Below are positions 12,845 through 25,140 of a DNA stretch of 37,809 bases, piece after piece. How positions within the stretch are numbered: position 1 is the stretch's first letter; every line of letters begins with the position of its first letter. Location: NCBI GenBank assembly GCA_023231475.1, contig JALJEE010001120.1, positions 62,001 through 99,809 on the forward strand, written 5' to 3'. This stretch comes from Seison nebaliae (taxonomy: Eukaryota). Made by a program: the position numbers and the translations under genes. The notes under the pieces were generated by a model. That model did no database searches. It was not told the DNA's origin and was given only the letters and a program-made list of their open reading frames with translations.

Positions 12845-13136
12845 GAGTGAGAGGAAAAAGTAACGTTAAAAAGAAAGTGACAATTAAATTTTAAAATAAA
12901 TTAAATTTTCTAATAAAATCTACTGTCGAACCAAATTACTCAATAATCTACGAAATTAACTATCATAATAATGACGATAAGATATGATGAATATAAAACG
13001 GTTTTGACATCGGAAAATAATAAACATAAATATTTCCTTTCGTATATTGAAAGAGAGGAAAATAAAAGAAAATTTTTTTTTTAATTTTAAAAATTTCAAA
13101 ATTTTAGTTTGTCGTTCAATATTTAACTATTTGACG

Positions 13137-13818
13137 ATGGCTATCCATACGTTGGGCCATATCACTAACCATAACATCGAACAATTGCGTTTACTGAATT
13201 CCATCATTTTCCCAGTGAAATATCCACAAACCTTCTATGACAAAGTGACGACGATCTACAATAAATATTCGAAATTCGGTTCCTCATCATTCTTCCTTCT
13301 CAAATCATCATTCGTCTTCTTTTTCTCAGCTCTATACAACGACATAATTGTCGGTGCAATTTGTGCACGTATCGAACATCGAGACAATGAGACGTCGATG
13401 TATATCATGACGATTGGCGTGTTACCAGCGTACAGGAAAATGAATATCGGTTCGCATATGAGAAAGATTGATGAAAAATTTTATTTTTTTTCTTTTACGA
13501 TAGGAAGTGAGTTGATGGATGAAATCGAGAAATGTGCAAAAGCAGATAAGAGTATTCGAAGGATTTATCTGTTATTTTCTTTCACTCACACACACAAAAC
13601 AACTTTAATCTTTCTTCCAATTCGACGGGAAAAGACACGTCCAAATTGACAACGTACCTGCATTGGAGTTCTATGAGAAACGCGGTTACATTCTCGTAGA
13701 GAAAGTGGAGAATTATTACGATCTCAGTAACATGCCACACGCGTATTTATTGGAGAAGATGTTGGAGGAGGAGGAAGAGGAGAAAAAGGAAGACGAAGTG
13801 GAAAATAGTTCAACATGA
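13137..13818 (+). CDS. NAA50: N-alpha-acetyltransferase 50 (NatE catalytic subunit); 4 exons
   Basis: LGHITNHNIEQLRLLNSIIFPVKY, YIMTIGVLPAYRKMNIG, IYL|HVQIDN.PALEFYEKRGY and ENYY. Introns 13279-13329, 13450-13503, 13571-13634. Confidence 0.92.
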
Positions 13819-14584
13819 ACTTGAATTGAAGAGAGAAATGATTTATATTAAAATTCAAATATAGAACAAAATGAATTTTCCTTTTTTTTCCTCATTATAA
13901 AGAAGGAAGTCGTTGTATAAGAACAATAAAAGTTTTTACTTTATTTTCTCGTGGAAATGAAATGAAACTATTTTAAAAAATTTTTGTAATTGTGGAGGAA
14001 ATTGATGAAAATTTTTATTTTAATTAATAATTAAATTTCCCTCCTTTCAATATAATGGGTGAGGGGTGATGGAATAGTACACGTTCATTTATTCGAATAG
14101 ATAAGAAATGGATCATAAAATATATATAAGAATTTATTTATAGAAATTTGGATATCTTTTTTTTCTCTTGTGTAATTTTTGGGAGTAGTAATGATAAAAA
14201 TAAATCATCCGGGGTATTTTGTGTGTAATTGTGTTTGAGTGTGTTTGTGTGTGTGTGTGTGTTTTTGTTCATGCTTCTGTTGAGTGTATATCGTCGATAT
14301 GTTGTTGTGATGTATGATCGACATTCATTTAATTTATTTGAGAATGAAAGTACGTTTTGATAAATGATTTGTGCAATTTATAGGAAATGTTCGAATGAGC
14401 GAATCGTGTAAACTTTGAACTTTTTTTTGAACGGGCAAAATGTATTTTTGAATTTTATTGTGAGTGGGCAGAATGTGTAAATTTGTGTGTGTGTGTTCGA
14501 ATGAGGAGCATTGTTAAAAACTGTTGTGGATAAAAGTGAGAGGAATGCGCGTGTGGAAATGTGGCATTCATTTGAGATTCTACT

Positions 14585-16697
14585 TTATGAGATGTGACAA
14601 CACGATAACAATTTGGCTTTACCTGGCGAATTGTGGACTTGATCGCTATGAGGATATTCGTATAACATCTCGTCATGCTCACTCATGTTATCTTTGGAAT
14701 ATGAATTAAATTTCGATGTTTTCGTTTTATTTCGATCGGACGATGTATAATTCCGTTTTCCTCCTTCCTTACCGTTATTCTTCTGTTGTTGTTGTTTGAT
14801 TGTGAGATGATTGAAGAGTTCTTTTTCTTGTTCCAATGTGATCTTTTTCTTCTCTAACGATTCCACATTATTCGTGTTGTCTTCACTCTTCGTTTTGTCG
14901 CTCGTTTTCAAATTGTTTGAGGAAGCGGTGGCATTGGAGACGGTGGTAGCGGATGACGGGGGCGGTATTGTTATGGCACTTGTTGTTGCTACTGATGGAT
15001 AATTGTTGGAATTGGATGAGTATAAACTATTTTTTTGCTCTCCATCACCACTCTCGTCACAATCGTAAAATTTCGTTACTGTCGACGACGATTCTTCGCC
15101 GTTCGCTTTGCCGGACGGTCTGGATGGTGGAGGAGGAGTCGCTGTCGTTCCAGTAACAACTTCAGCGAAATTTGTATCATATTTTCTCGCTTTTTCTCTC
15201 ATCGACGCACGACGAATCGATGACGTTCGATTAACCGTACTTCCCGTTCTTTTGAATTCTTTATTTGAACGGAATTCACAATTATTTATCTCCTTCTGTT
15301 GTTGTTGTTGTTGTTGTTGTCTTTTCTCCAACATCCAATCGACGAGATTTTGATCAGGACAAATATCTAATGGTGTGTTACCACTATCATTCTTCTTGTA
15401 CAGATCGGCACTATGTTCGATGAGATATTGAATGATTTGCGGATTTGTCCACCATGTTGCTGCGTGTAACGGTGTCCAACCGTCACTATCGGTCGGATTA
15501 ATTTCTACGTTACATTCATCAATCAGAAATTTTATAACATCGAAATAAGAATATGCCGCTGCCACATGCAAATAAGTCGCGTTGTCTTTCGAATCGAAAT
15601 CTTTCCCCAATGTTTCTTGTTGAGATTTGTACGTATTCTGGTGAATTTGACTGATGGGCAACGAGAATTGCATCGACACCAATTGCCCACTCGATTTTGG
15701 TGCAGTCAATAATGAATTCTTCACTGAATTCTCCACCACCTCCTTCAATTCTCGTAAACGTCTCAACAAATCACGTTCTGGTTGACTTCTCGTCTCATCT
15801 ATCACTTTCTGCGTAATTCCTTGATCGGCCATCTTCATCTCGATTTGAATGAGTGTGTCATTATCCTCACAGATATCATACGGCATATTTCCATCAGTAT
15901 TCACCGCAAGAACATCAGCATTGTTCTCGATCAAAATGAGAGAAACGTCTTTATGACCACAAGTAGCGGCAGCGTGTAACGGTGTCCATCCGTCATGATC
16001 CCGAATGTTCACATCCGCGTTTTTCTCCAACAAACATTTCAACAATTCAACATTGTTATCGATACAAGTCTACCATACAAACGGTTTTATAAAAAAATTT
16101 AAAAAAAATTTAAAAAAAATTTAAAAAAAATTTAAAAAAAATTGAAAAAAAATTGAAAAAAAATTGAAAAAAAATTGAAAAAAAATTGAAAAAAAATTGA
16201 AAAAAAATTGAAAAAAAAATTGGAAATAAATTGAAAAAAAATTTAAAAAAAATTTAAAAAAACTGAAAAAAAATTGAAAAAAATTTCGATAATTTTTTTG
16301 TTTGAGATGGTAAATAAAGGTAAAAAAAATAATTAATTAACCTGATGTAGAGCTGTCAAACCATCTTCGTTTGACACATTCGGATCGACACCTTCATCCA
16401 ATAATCGTTTCACTTCCTCGATATCATTTCGGAAGGTGGCGTCCAACAACGTGACGGTTTCCGTGAAATGGACATCCGATTCATGATCCAGCATGACTTC
16501 GTTGGGAACGTCTGGAAAAGATGGAAATGATGTGATAGAAGAAGGAATTGATGGAAACCGTTTAATGACGATTCATAAACATGATACTTCTCCAATTGGA
16601 GTTCACGTCGCTTCTTGGCTTGGAGAAGTCGCTCGCCAGCCGACAAACGTTCGATATTCTCCATTTCTCTTATCAATTCTTCATGTGATAGAGCCAT
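14585..16697 (-). CDS. PPP1R16A: Protein phosphatase 1 regulatory subunit 16 (MYPT3/TIMAP family); exons 16697-16559, 16511-16342, 16069-14585
   Basis: N-terminal [22 protein letters not shown], ankyrin repeats ([41 protein letters not shown]) and C-terminal CCHIS CaaX box. The A versus B paralog distinction is vertebrate-specific. Confidence 0.92.
16091..16285. repeat. A-rich 10-12-bp tandem repeat (aaaaaaattt[a] / aaaaaaaattg) inside PPP1R16 intron 2
   Basis: Directly visible array of about 17 units. Confidence 0.9.
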
Positions 16698-17149
16698 GGC
16701 GAGAAAATGGTTTAATGTTGAGCGATTTTTCTGATTGTCGATTATCTAATTATGTGGGAAGCAGTTGTGGAAGTTCATAAATATTTATCTTCTATTCTAT
16801 ATATATATATATATTGTTTGTGTATGCTATGTCAGTTCCACATCAATACGTGTACACGACCATCATGTTTATCATGATCTGTGATCGATAGTGAAGTACG
16901 ATAGTTTTCGTTTCAGGAAAAGAAGAATTAGATTGTTGTAAGAAAAAGAAGTTTTTTCTTGAGAATCTTTTTTTTTTCTTTCCAAATTAAAACGACATTG
17001 AAGGAATGAAATGAAATATCATCTGTCGAACGAAATGAAAAGAGATGAGTCATTATTGCAAAATAATTCAATTGTTTCATTTCATTCATTTCCTCTCTCT
17101 CGAAATGAGAGAGAAATAATGATCATGACCATCATCACTAACAATGAGA

Positions 17150-17194
17150 ACATCATCATTATCATTATTATCATTATTATTATTATTATTATTA
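17150..17194. repeat. (ATT/ATC)n microsatellite
   Basis: Run reading catcatcattatcattattatcattattattattattatt. Confidence 0.85.
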
Positions 17195-18674
17195 GTGAAT
17201 AGTAGAAAATCGTTTTAAATAAAAAGTTCCATTTCCAAACTTCTTTTACGTCGTTATCTCCTTCTTCCCTCGTTTCCCTTCTCCCTTTCTCCTCGACTTC
17301 ACTCACTCACTCAATTATTGATTTGACATCATTCTCATTTATTCTTCTCTCATATCGAATATGCTGACAATGAACGATTTCTTTTACGGAAAATTAGACA
17401 GCAACTATTTTCTCCTCCTTCAAAACTCTCTCTCATTTCACATTATCATTCGTTCGTTCGTCCGTTCGTTCATCCATCAGTCAATCCCTCAAAATAACAC
17501 GATTGTTGTTTTTGAGTGAGAGTTAGATAGAAATTGAGAGAAAGGAAATCATATTCGCTAAATGACGACTCGTTCATTGGTATTCGTGCATGTCGCCCGC
17601 TCAATTGTCCGGTGGAACGGCCTCTCTCCTATTCCTCCTCCCCCTTCACTGCATCGAACGAGCAGAGAAAGAATAAAGTTTGATGGTAACTTGATCGATT
17701 AGAGTTTAGTTTGTCCTTGAAAAATGAAACATGGATCTCCATTAAACTTCTCCTCTCCCATTTGTCAAATTAGTGGACATAATTTTTTGGATGAAAGACA
17801 CTTGCTTTTTTTTCTTTCTTTCATTCACTTTTCCTCTACTCTATATCGTCATCACTTCTGGATCTCCATCTGATTCATTTCCATCATCTTTCATCGATTC
17901 CTTCATACATGATGAGTGGAGTGGTGGGGGGGCAAGTGTGTGCCATATAATGTGTAGTGAGGGAATGGATGTGGAACGAGGAAGACCATCAGCTCGTAAT
18001 GATTGAAACAGATTCAAAAAAAAAAAAAGGAAAAGAAAAGAAGGAATAAAAGAGAAAATGTTTGTGTGTTGGGCCCTTCCATTTTTTCTTCTTCTTCTTC
18101 TTGTTGTTGTTTCACAATCATCGAGAAAGAAATAGAAGGAAAATGACGAGAGGATGCATTCTACACACACCACTAATAATAACAACATCATTAAAATGAT
18201 TCTTGTCGTTCGTCTGGGAGAAGAAATTTATTGAACATTTCATCATCCATTCGATTCGATCGAGAAACATAATAATTTCCATCGAAAAGAAATTGGGGAT
18301 CGCATGAAAATGACATAAGAAATAAGAAACGAATCATAATGATGATACAGATGAATCAGTGTTAAACTACTATCCAGCATCAGGGATATCATCGATGTTT
18401 CCCAAGAATAATAATCTGTCTATCATCCATCTTCCATCCTCTCCGCTTTTGCGTCAGCAGTTCATTCGGATAATTATTTAGGAAGATTATAAAAATTCTC
18501 AAATTCTTCTTGATGATGAACAAAATAAATTAATTACATCAAATGGAATTAAATACATTTCATCATATCCATTTCTCTCATTTATATATCTCACTTATTT
18601 ATGGATGTCCTCTTCAATACCTCTCTCCATATCCATATGCAGAAGACACTGCTCTTATTCACCTACGTGTGCAT

Positions 18675-18697
18675 GTGTGTGTGTGTGTGTGTGTGTG
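18675..18697. repeat. (GT)n microsatellite
   Basis: Pure gt run; similar runs at ~14238-14262 and (CA) ~33092-33128. Confidence 0.85.
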
Positions 18698-19706
18698 TTG
18701 TGTTGTGTGTACACATGCGTGTAATATATTTTTATGATTGATACATCTTCAATCGCCACATATTGATCTTATTTAATTATGTAATTTCATTAAATTCACT
18801 TCTTTCTCCATTTTCTCAAATCTTGAAGTGTGTATGGGGAAAAAAAAGAATGAATTTATTAGCATTATGTACGAAAATCATATATTTATGAGAGATGGAC
18901 AATGATGGGAAACAATAGATAAGTTGAAAAACGATTTGAACAATTCAACTGATTGAAAAGGCTAAACTTTCAATTCAACAAATTTTCCCTTCTCATCCAT
19001 CTCCCCCCACTCGCCATCATTAGCGAGAAAATCATTCCAACCGATCGACGCTCGTCACCAACGACCGTTTTTCACCGTTTTTTTACCGTTTCTCACACAT
19101 TTAATATCTGGAAAGATGATTGATGGAATGAACGTTCCATCTCTCACCCATCATTCTGACACTAGTAGTAGTAGAGATATGGTAGTAGGAGGAATTGCGT
19201 TCGTACGTGATCAACGATTAATTGTTGGTCAACTGTTGAGGAGGGACATGAGTTTGGGATGATGGATGGGAACAGAAGCAATTGGAAATATGTTCCAATC
19301 TGCCAATCATTCGGAAGATTATTAGTTTGTTCTTCTCAACACTGGCAGCGTGCTTCCAATCTGAATTTTCCGTCTTTATCAGAAGTATGAATTGAGCGGA
19401 GAAAGTAGGAAGGAAGTGGAGGAAGGTGAAGGATGAAACAAATTTTCAAGTAGTTGCCCTACTGAATAAATTTGAATTTCATTAAGCGATGAATTCTTTT
19501 CAGATGTGAATGAGAACGACGAATGTAATTGTCGTTCAGTGTCGTGCGCATCATCCGAATCATAATGACGATTAATTTTATTATCATGTACATAAAATAA
19601 ATAAACTAGTTTAATGGAAGCACGACTAACTCAATTGATAACGATTATTTGATGACGATGCTGAACGAAATAGAAGAAGAAATTCTTTTAAGATTCTTAA
19701 AAGATA

Positions 19707-19708
<2 letters not shown>

Positions 19709-19739
<31 letters not shown>

Positions 19740-19740
19740 C
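19709..19740. repeat. (TTC)n microsatellite
   Basis: About 10 ttc units. Confidence 0.85.
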
Positions 19741-21944
19741 GTCCCTTCCATTACTCTCTATTACATCCCCTCCATTCCTGTCATACTTCTTCTCCTACTT
19801 ATTGATATTAGAAAAATATAATAATAATTAATATAACATTATCAAGAAGAAGAAGAAGAAAAAAAATACTCTAATTTCCATTCTACTACGACTCAAACGC
19901 ATCACACCATGTCTACTCGAGAATAACCGTCCTTCCTTCTCGCCATATCCACTCGATCGGTTCCTATTGCGCAAAAGATAATATGAATCCACTTAATACC
20001 AGTCATTGACATCTTCTCGGCTTGAGAGAGTGAGCCATGTCCCTTCAAACATTCCTTACCCTCCACCCACTAACATCAATCTGCATCGTCCTACTTAATT
20101 AATTATAATTAATTTTTGATTATTCTCTTATGTTGACGTCAATTCGAAATAAAATGTTTCCTATTATCGTCTCTCTCTCTCTCTCTCTCTTTCTCTTTCT
20201 CCATCATCATTTCCTCCTTACAAACTGAACGAACATACGGATAAATAGACAGATATATATATCCGCAATCGTCCTATCTTCCAAATGGAATTACTTCTCC
20301 AATTCGATTGTTCCCAACGACTTCTGGAAGTGCCTCTTTGTCTGATTACACTAACGATTATTGAATTGTTGAAGCAACTTGTCAATTCTAATACCTTTAT
20401 CATCTCATTGTCGAACACGAAGGAAATGTCAATTCTCTTCAATTCCAATTCTATTTAATAACCGATCACTTCTATCGTCCAATAAACGAGTCTCGTTCAA
20501 CTATCTCCCATTCAACATCGATGTAACTTGTTAATAATTCAACGAGTGGAATTTTCATTTACATTACAATGACATCCGAGTGCCATCCCCAATAAATATG
20601 ATATCATTTCCACAATACTTCGAATATATCATGAACTATTTATTAAGTTAATTATCAATAACGAGATCAATGTTGAGTAACACGAGAATTAATAGAAAAT
20701 TCGCTCGAGGCAAATTGTCGGTAGCTAACGCTCCGCACTTCCTACGGGAAAGACCATCATAATTCTTCATTTACCTAATCGACAGTCCTTCATAATGAGT
20801 AATGATGCTTTCGGAAATGCGTAATCTACCTTTTAAATTGATTATTCTCCATTAAATCTTTTCATTTTTTCTCTTTCTCCATCTCTTTTTTTTTTGGAAA
20901 AAAACACATTCCTCATTTACCATTTCTCTAATTATTGCATCGAGAAATCTGCTCGTTCCATCTTTCTCTCCCTCGTTCACAATGAGAGGAAGTGAGAGGC
21001 AGAATATGGAACTAGCAAGAAATTAGAAATTTCTTTATTTCATATAAACTTATTTTTAAAATAATATTTTCTATATGAAATTGTTCGGACTGACACGAGT
21101 GAGAAAAAAATGTGAATTAATTAATTAATTAATTTTATTAAAACTAAACATGTTTTTATTAGAAGTTGATGATAAATCCGTTCAAATCATTCCATCTGAT
21201 TATTTTAATTGTCTTAAAATTAAATTTTGACGATGACTCCATTCAATTTTGATGGAATGAAACTTTAAATAAATAATTTGACTAAATTAAATTGGACATT
21301 GAATGTGGTCATTTGAGAAAATATGGAATAGACACAAGTAGTAACAAGTTTTGTTAATTGATGTTTAAATTGAAATTTGGAGGATGATGTTGGGAAAAAA
21401 GAATTAATGAAAGGAACTGTTATTAAAATGGACGAGTTGAGGCTTTCTTTCAAGCAGTTTTTCTTTGTGAAATTCGAAGGGGATGAAAAGGAAGAGGGAC
21501 GAGAAGATCGAGCTCGACGTCAAGAGAGACGGGGAGAAGATAAGATAAATATAAGATAAACATACAGCGGTAAATGATATAAATAAATGGAGGCAAATAA
21601 GTGTATGGTAGTAGGGATGAATATGAAAGAAGTGTATATGTTATAGGACGATATATGTCAGACAAATCTCACCAAAAAAGAGAAGGTGACTAGTTATTTT
21701 TCAAATTAAATAAAAACTTCTTTTCAAAATTCATATAACCAATTCTTTATGTAATATGTATATAATTGCTATACGATAATGTACGTCGTACACGTGAACA
21801 CCATTAAACACAATTGAAACAAATGAAAAGTTTCTTTTTTATAGATTCTTGAGAATTCCCTTAAATTTCTCATTGTCAAGTTATAATACTGAAAGTGGAC
21901 ATATTTGACTGAGAGACACCCAGAAAATTATCAATTAAACGATC

Positions 21945-24771
21945 ATGAATGAGCATGAGAAGATCTCGCCCGAGCTCATATCGGATGTGGAGCGATTGCA
22001 GGAGTTGCGCAAAGAGGCCGCACATCAACTCGACAGTACGGAACTACTCATATTCGTCTCATTACTCATAGTCGTCATTCTAACGATTTGGCTCTTCAAA
22101 TATAAGCGAGTGCGATTCGTCCACGAGACGGGTTGTGCTATCGTTTACGGATTGGTCATCGGCTCCATCATCAAATACATCGTTCCTTCTCACTCAGCTG
22201 ATCATTCTTACGTCAATTTGAACGTGACGAGTAACATAATTACGAATTATCGTGACCCACCTCAAATCTTGAGAATTCCCGCCGAAAATTCATCGATCAT
22301 TTTCTCGTACGAATTGAATGACGCTCATTTGCGTACCGTCAAAGAACGATCGGCAATCGTCGATAAAATGACATTTTCACCCGAAATCTTCTTCAATCTC
22401 CTCTTGCCACCTATCATCTTTTATGCCGGTTATTCGATGCATCGAGGTCATTTCTTTAAGAATTTCGGGACGATACTCACTTTCGCTTTCATCGGAACGA
22501 CGATCGCTTGTTTCATTTTTGGAAGTATCGTCTATACCGTCGTCGTATCGTCGAGTATCAAAGAATGGATGGATTTTTCTGATTGCACTTTCTTCGGCGC
22601 ATTAATCAGTGCCACCGATCCCGTCACCGTTCTCGCCATTTTCAACGATCTACATGTCGATGTGGATTTGTATGCGATGGTATTCGGTGAGAGTGTGATG
22701 AACGATGCTGTTGCACTCGTTCTAGCCGAGTTAGTCCATTTAATTTAATAAATTATTTAGTATTTTATTTAAATTTCTTTCTTTTTCCATAAAATTTTTA
22801 ATTTTAATTATTAGTATAATTCATGGAGTTAAAGAAAAGAAGTATGTTTCCAATTCTCGTTTTTCTGATAATGATAAAAAAAAACTGTCATCGTCTCTTT
22901 CTTTCTCTTTCTCTTTCTACTCTATCTCACGAGAGGAAAATGCACGTATTCAAATTCAACTCTTTTAGTCAACAAACTCATTTGAATTTTCTTTCGGTCC
23001 TCTCATCGGAAAAAACTAATAGCCAGACAATTAATATCTCACTCATTATATTCTGTGTATTCTTTTAAATTTAATAAATTAATCCAATTTCTTTTAGTAC
23101 AATCGAATCGTTCTCCACCTCGCACAAACCACCCACCATCGGTCTACTAGAGGCAGTTGGCAGATTCATTATGATCTTCACCGGTGGTTTCGCCATCGGT
23201 GCCAGCATCGCCATCATTACCGCTCTCATCACCAAGATGACGAATTTGAGAGATCATCCTTTACTCGAAATCGTCTTGTTCTTTCTCATGTCATATTCGT
23301 CGTTCTTGGCAGCGGAAGCTGTCAAATTCACTGGCATCGTATCGATATTATTTTGTGGAATTCTTCAAGCACATTACACCTATCACAACTTGTCAACAGA
23401 AGGGAAAAATAGAAGTAAAGAAGTTGAATTTGAAATTTGAAAAAAAATTAAAATTTTTTTTTTTTAAGATTTTTGAATTACTCAGTTTTATGAGTGAGAA
23501 TTTCATATTCCTTTATATCGGCATAACTCTCACTACCTTCCCATATCATCAATGGCAATATGCTTTCCTCATCGTCTCTTTCGTTAATTTCATTAATTAT
23601 CAACAATAATTTATTATTTATAAAATTAATTAATTTGAAGATCGGAATCGCTGTAGCACGAGCTATTTCCGTTTATGTTCTTTCATTCTGTTTGAATTTT
23701 GGACGAATTCAAAAAATTTCTTGGAATCAACAACATATGCTCTGGTTCTCTGGATTGAGAGGAGCGGTGGCGTTCGCTCTTGCCATTCGTAACACCTCCA
23801 CAAAAGCACGACAATTGATGATAACGAATACGGCACTCATCGTTCTCGTGACGGTTATCATCAACGGTGGATTGACGACGACCGTTTTATCATTCCTCAA
23901 AATTCCCATAAATGTTTCAGATGATATTGAAAATGAAGTTTCCAATTTTGTTCAAATTAAAATTTAAATTTCCATCATCAGCATCAATTGTTGACGAATG
24001 AGAATAATGTGAACGATTTAAAGAACGTGGATAAACGTGTGGCACTTCCTCTCCGATTATTTCAGAAATTCGACCACAATTACTTGAAACCCTTTCTCAC
24101 ACATAGTCGTCCCACTCTCATCGAGACATGTCCTCGATGGTTATTCTGGTTCGCTTACATCTTCACATCGGACGAACAAAAAACGTCGCGCACTTCCCCA
24201 ATTCATAGTTCGGATGAGAACGATCAACCCAATATCAACAAACAATTCAATCCCATGTTCATGCCACACGACGACAATCATCAGAATAATGAAATGGTTA
24301 GTAAGAATGACGAGAAGGAAAGAAAAGAATAAGAATTAAATTTTCCTTTAACTCTATTGACACTCAACGAGAATAAGTTTGACATTTTCCACTTTTTTTG
24401 GCATTTGGAAATTTATCGTTTGCTGCTACTTTCATTACCATCTGTTTCTCCTCAACACATCATTCCCATTCGACAGATCCAGCTATCCCATTATTTCGAG
24501 ACATGTTCCGTTTTCTGGTTTTTTATAGAAAAAATAATTTGAAAAAAAAAATTTTTGAAAATATAATAATTTGAAAAAAAAAATTTTTGAAAAAAAAAGT
24601 TTGAAAAAAAAATTATAATTTCTGCTAAATTCCGTATGATATTGATAACCGTTTTGCTTGTGGGAAAAATTTTAATTCTCTTCCAAATACTTTCTCTAGA
24701 TGAACGAAAGAAGTTTGAAGAGGCCGATGGAGAGTCGTGATAATATTGACGTAAATTTTATTGATCTGTAA
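21945..24771 (+). CDS. Endosomal/organellar Na+(K+)/H+ exchanger, NHE6/7/9 clade; 6 exons
   Basis: [66 protein letters not shown] and [13 protein letters not shown]. Introns 22730-23097, 23423-23468, 23583-23640, 23938-23981 and 24297-24699 (the last is less certain). Confidence 0.94.
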
Positions 24772-24879
24772 AAAATCAGAAAAAAATTTTTTTTTCATTC
24801 AATAGTTTATTTATTAAATCAATTCTATTTGAACTATCAATTTATTTATTCTAATAAAATTTCATTTCATCCAATCAAA

Positions 24880-25140
24880 TTATTCTTCCACGTTATATCT
24901 TAATTTGGAATTGTCTTCAATGAACTTCTCTTCGACTTTGTGATGAACTTGATCGTATGGTGATATCATCAGATTCACTCCCTTCACATATTGGACGTAA
25001 GCGAAGATTGGAACGGTTACCATGAAAGTTCTCCACACCATCTTCACAAACGGCGAATTGTTGTACTGATAACGCCAGGGAAACATCGCCACTTTCTGGA
25101 GTAGTCCATATGGATATTTAACTTTCACTCGACCTTCCAT
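24880..25140 (-). CDS. Small (86 aa) single-pass membrane protein resembling Drosophila roh (CG30415)
   Basis: GRVKVKYPYGLLQKVAMFPWRY...TVPIFAYV matches my recollection of the GRxxxYPYTxxAKxAQFP pattern of roh-like proteins. The first ATG is at 25140. Confidence 0.65.
   Translation of the reverse strand: MEGRVKVKYPYGLLQKVAMFPWRYQYNNSPFVKMVWRTFMVTVPIFAYVQYVKGVNLMISPYDQVHHKVEEKFIEDNSKLRYNVEE

Noticed and set aside
17011..21665. Short ORFs of 60-116 aa in the large intergenic region
   Set aside because: They are low-complexity translations of microsatellites or AT-rich DNA with no motif or exon-chain support.
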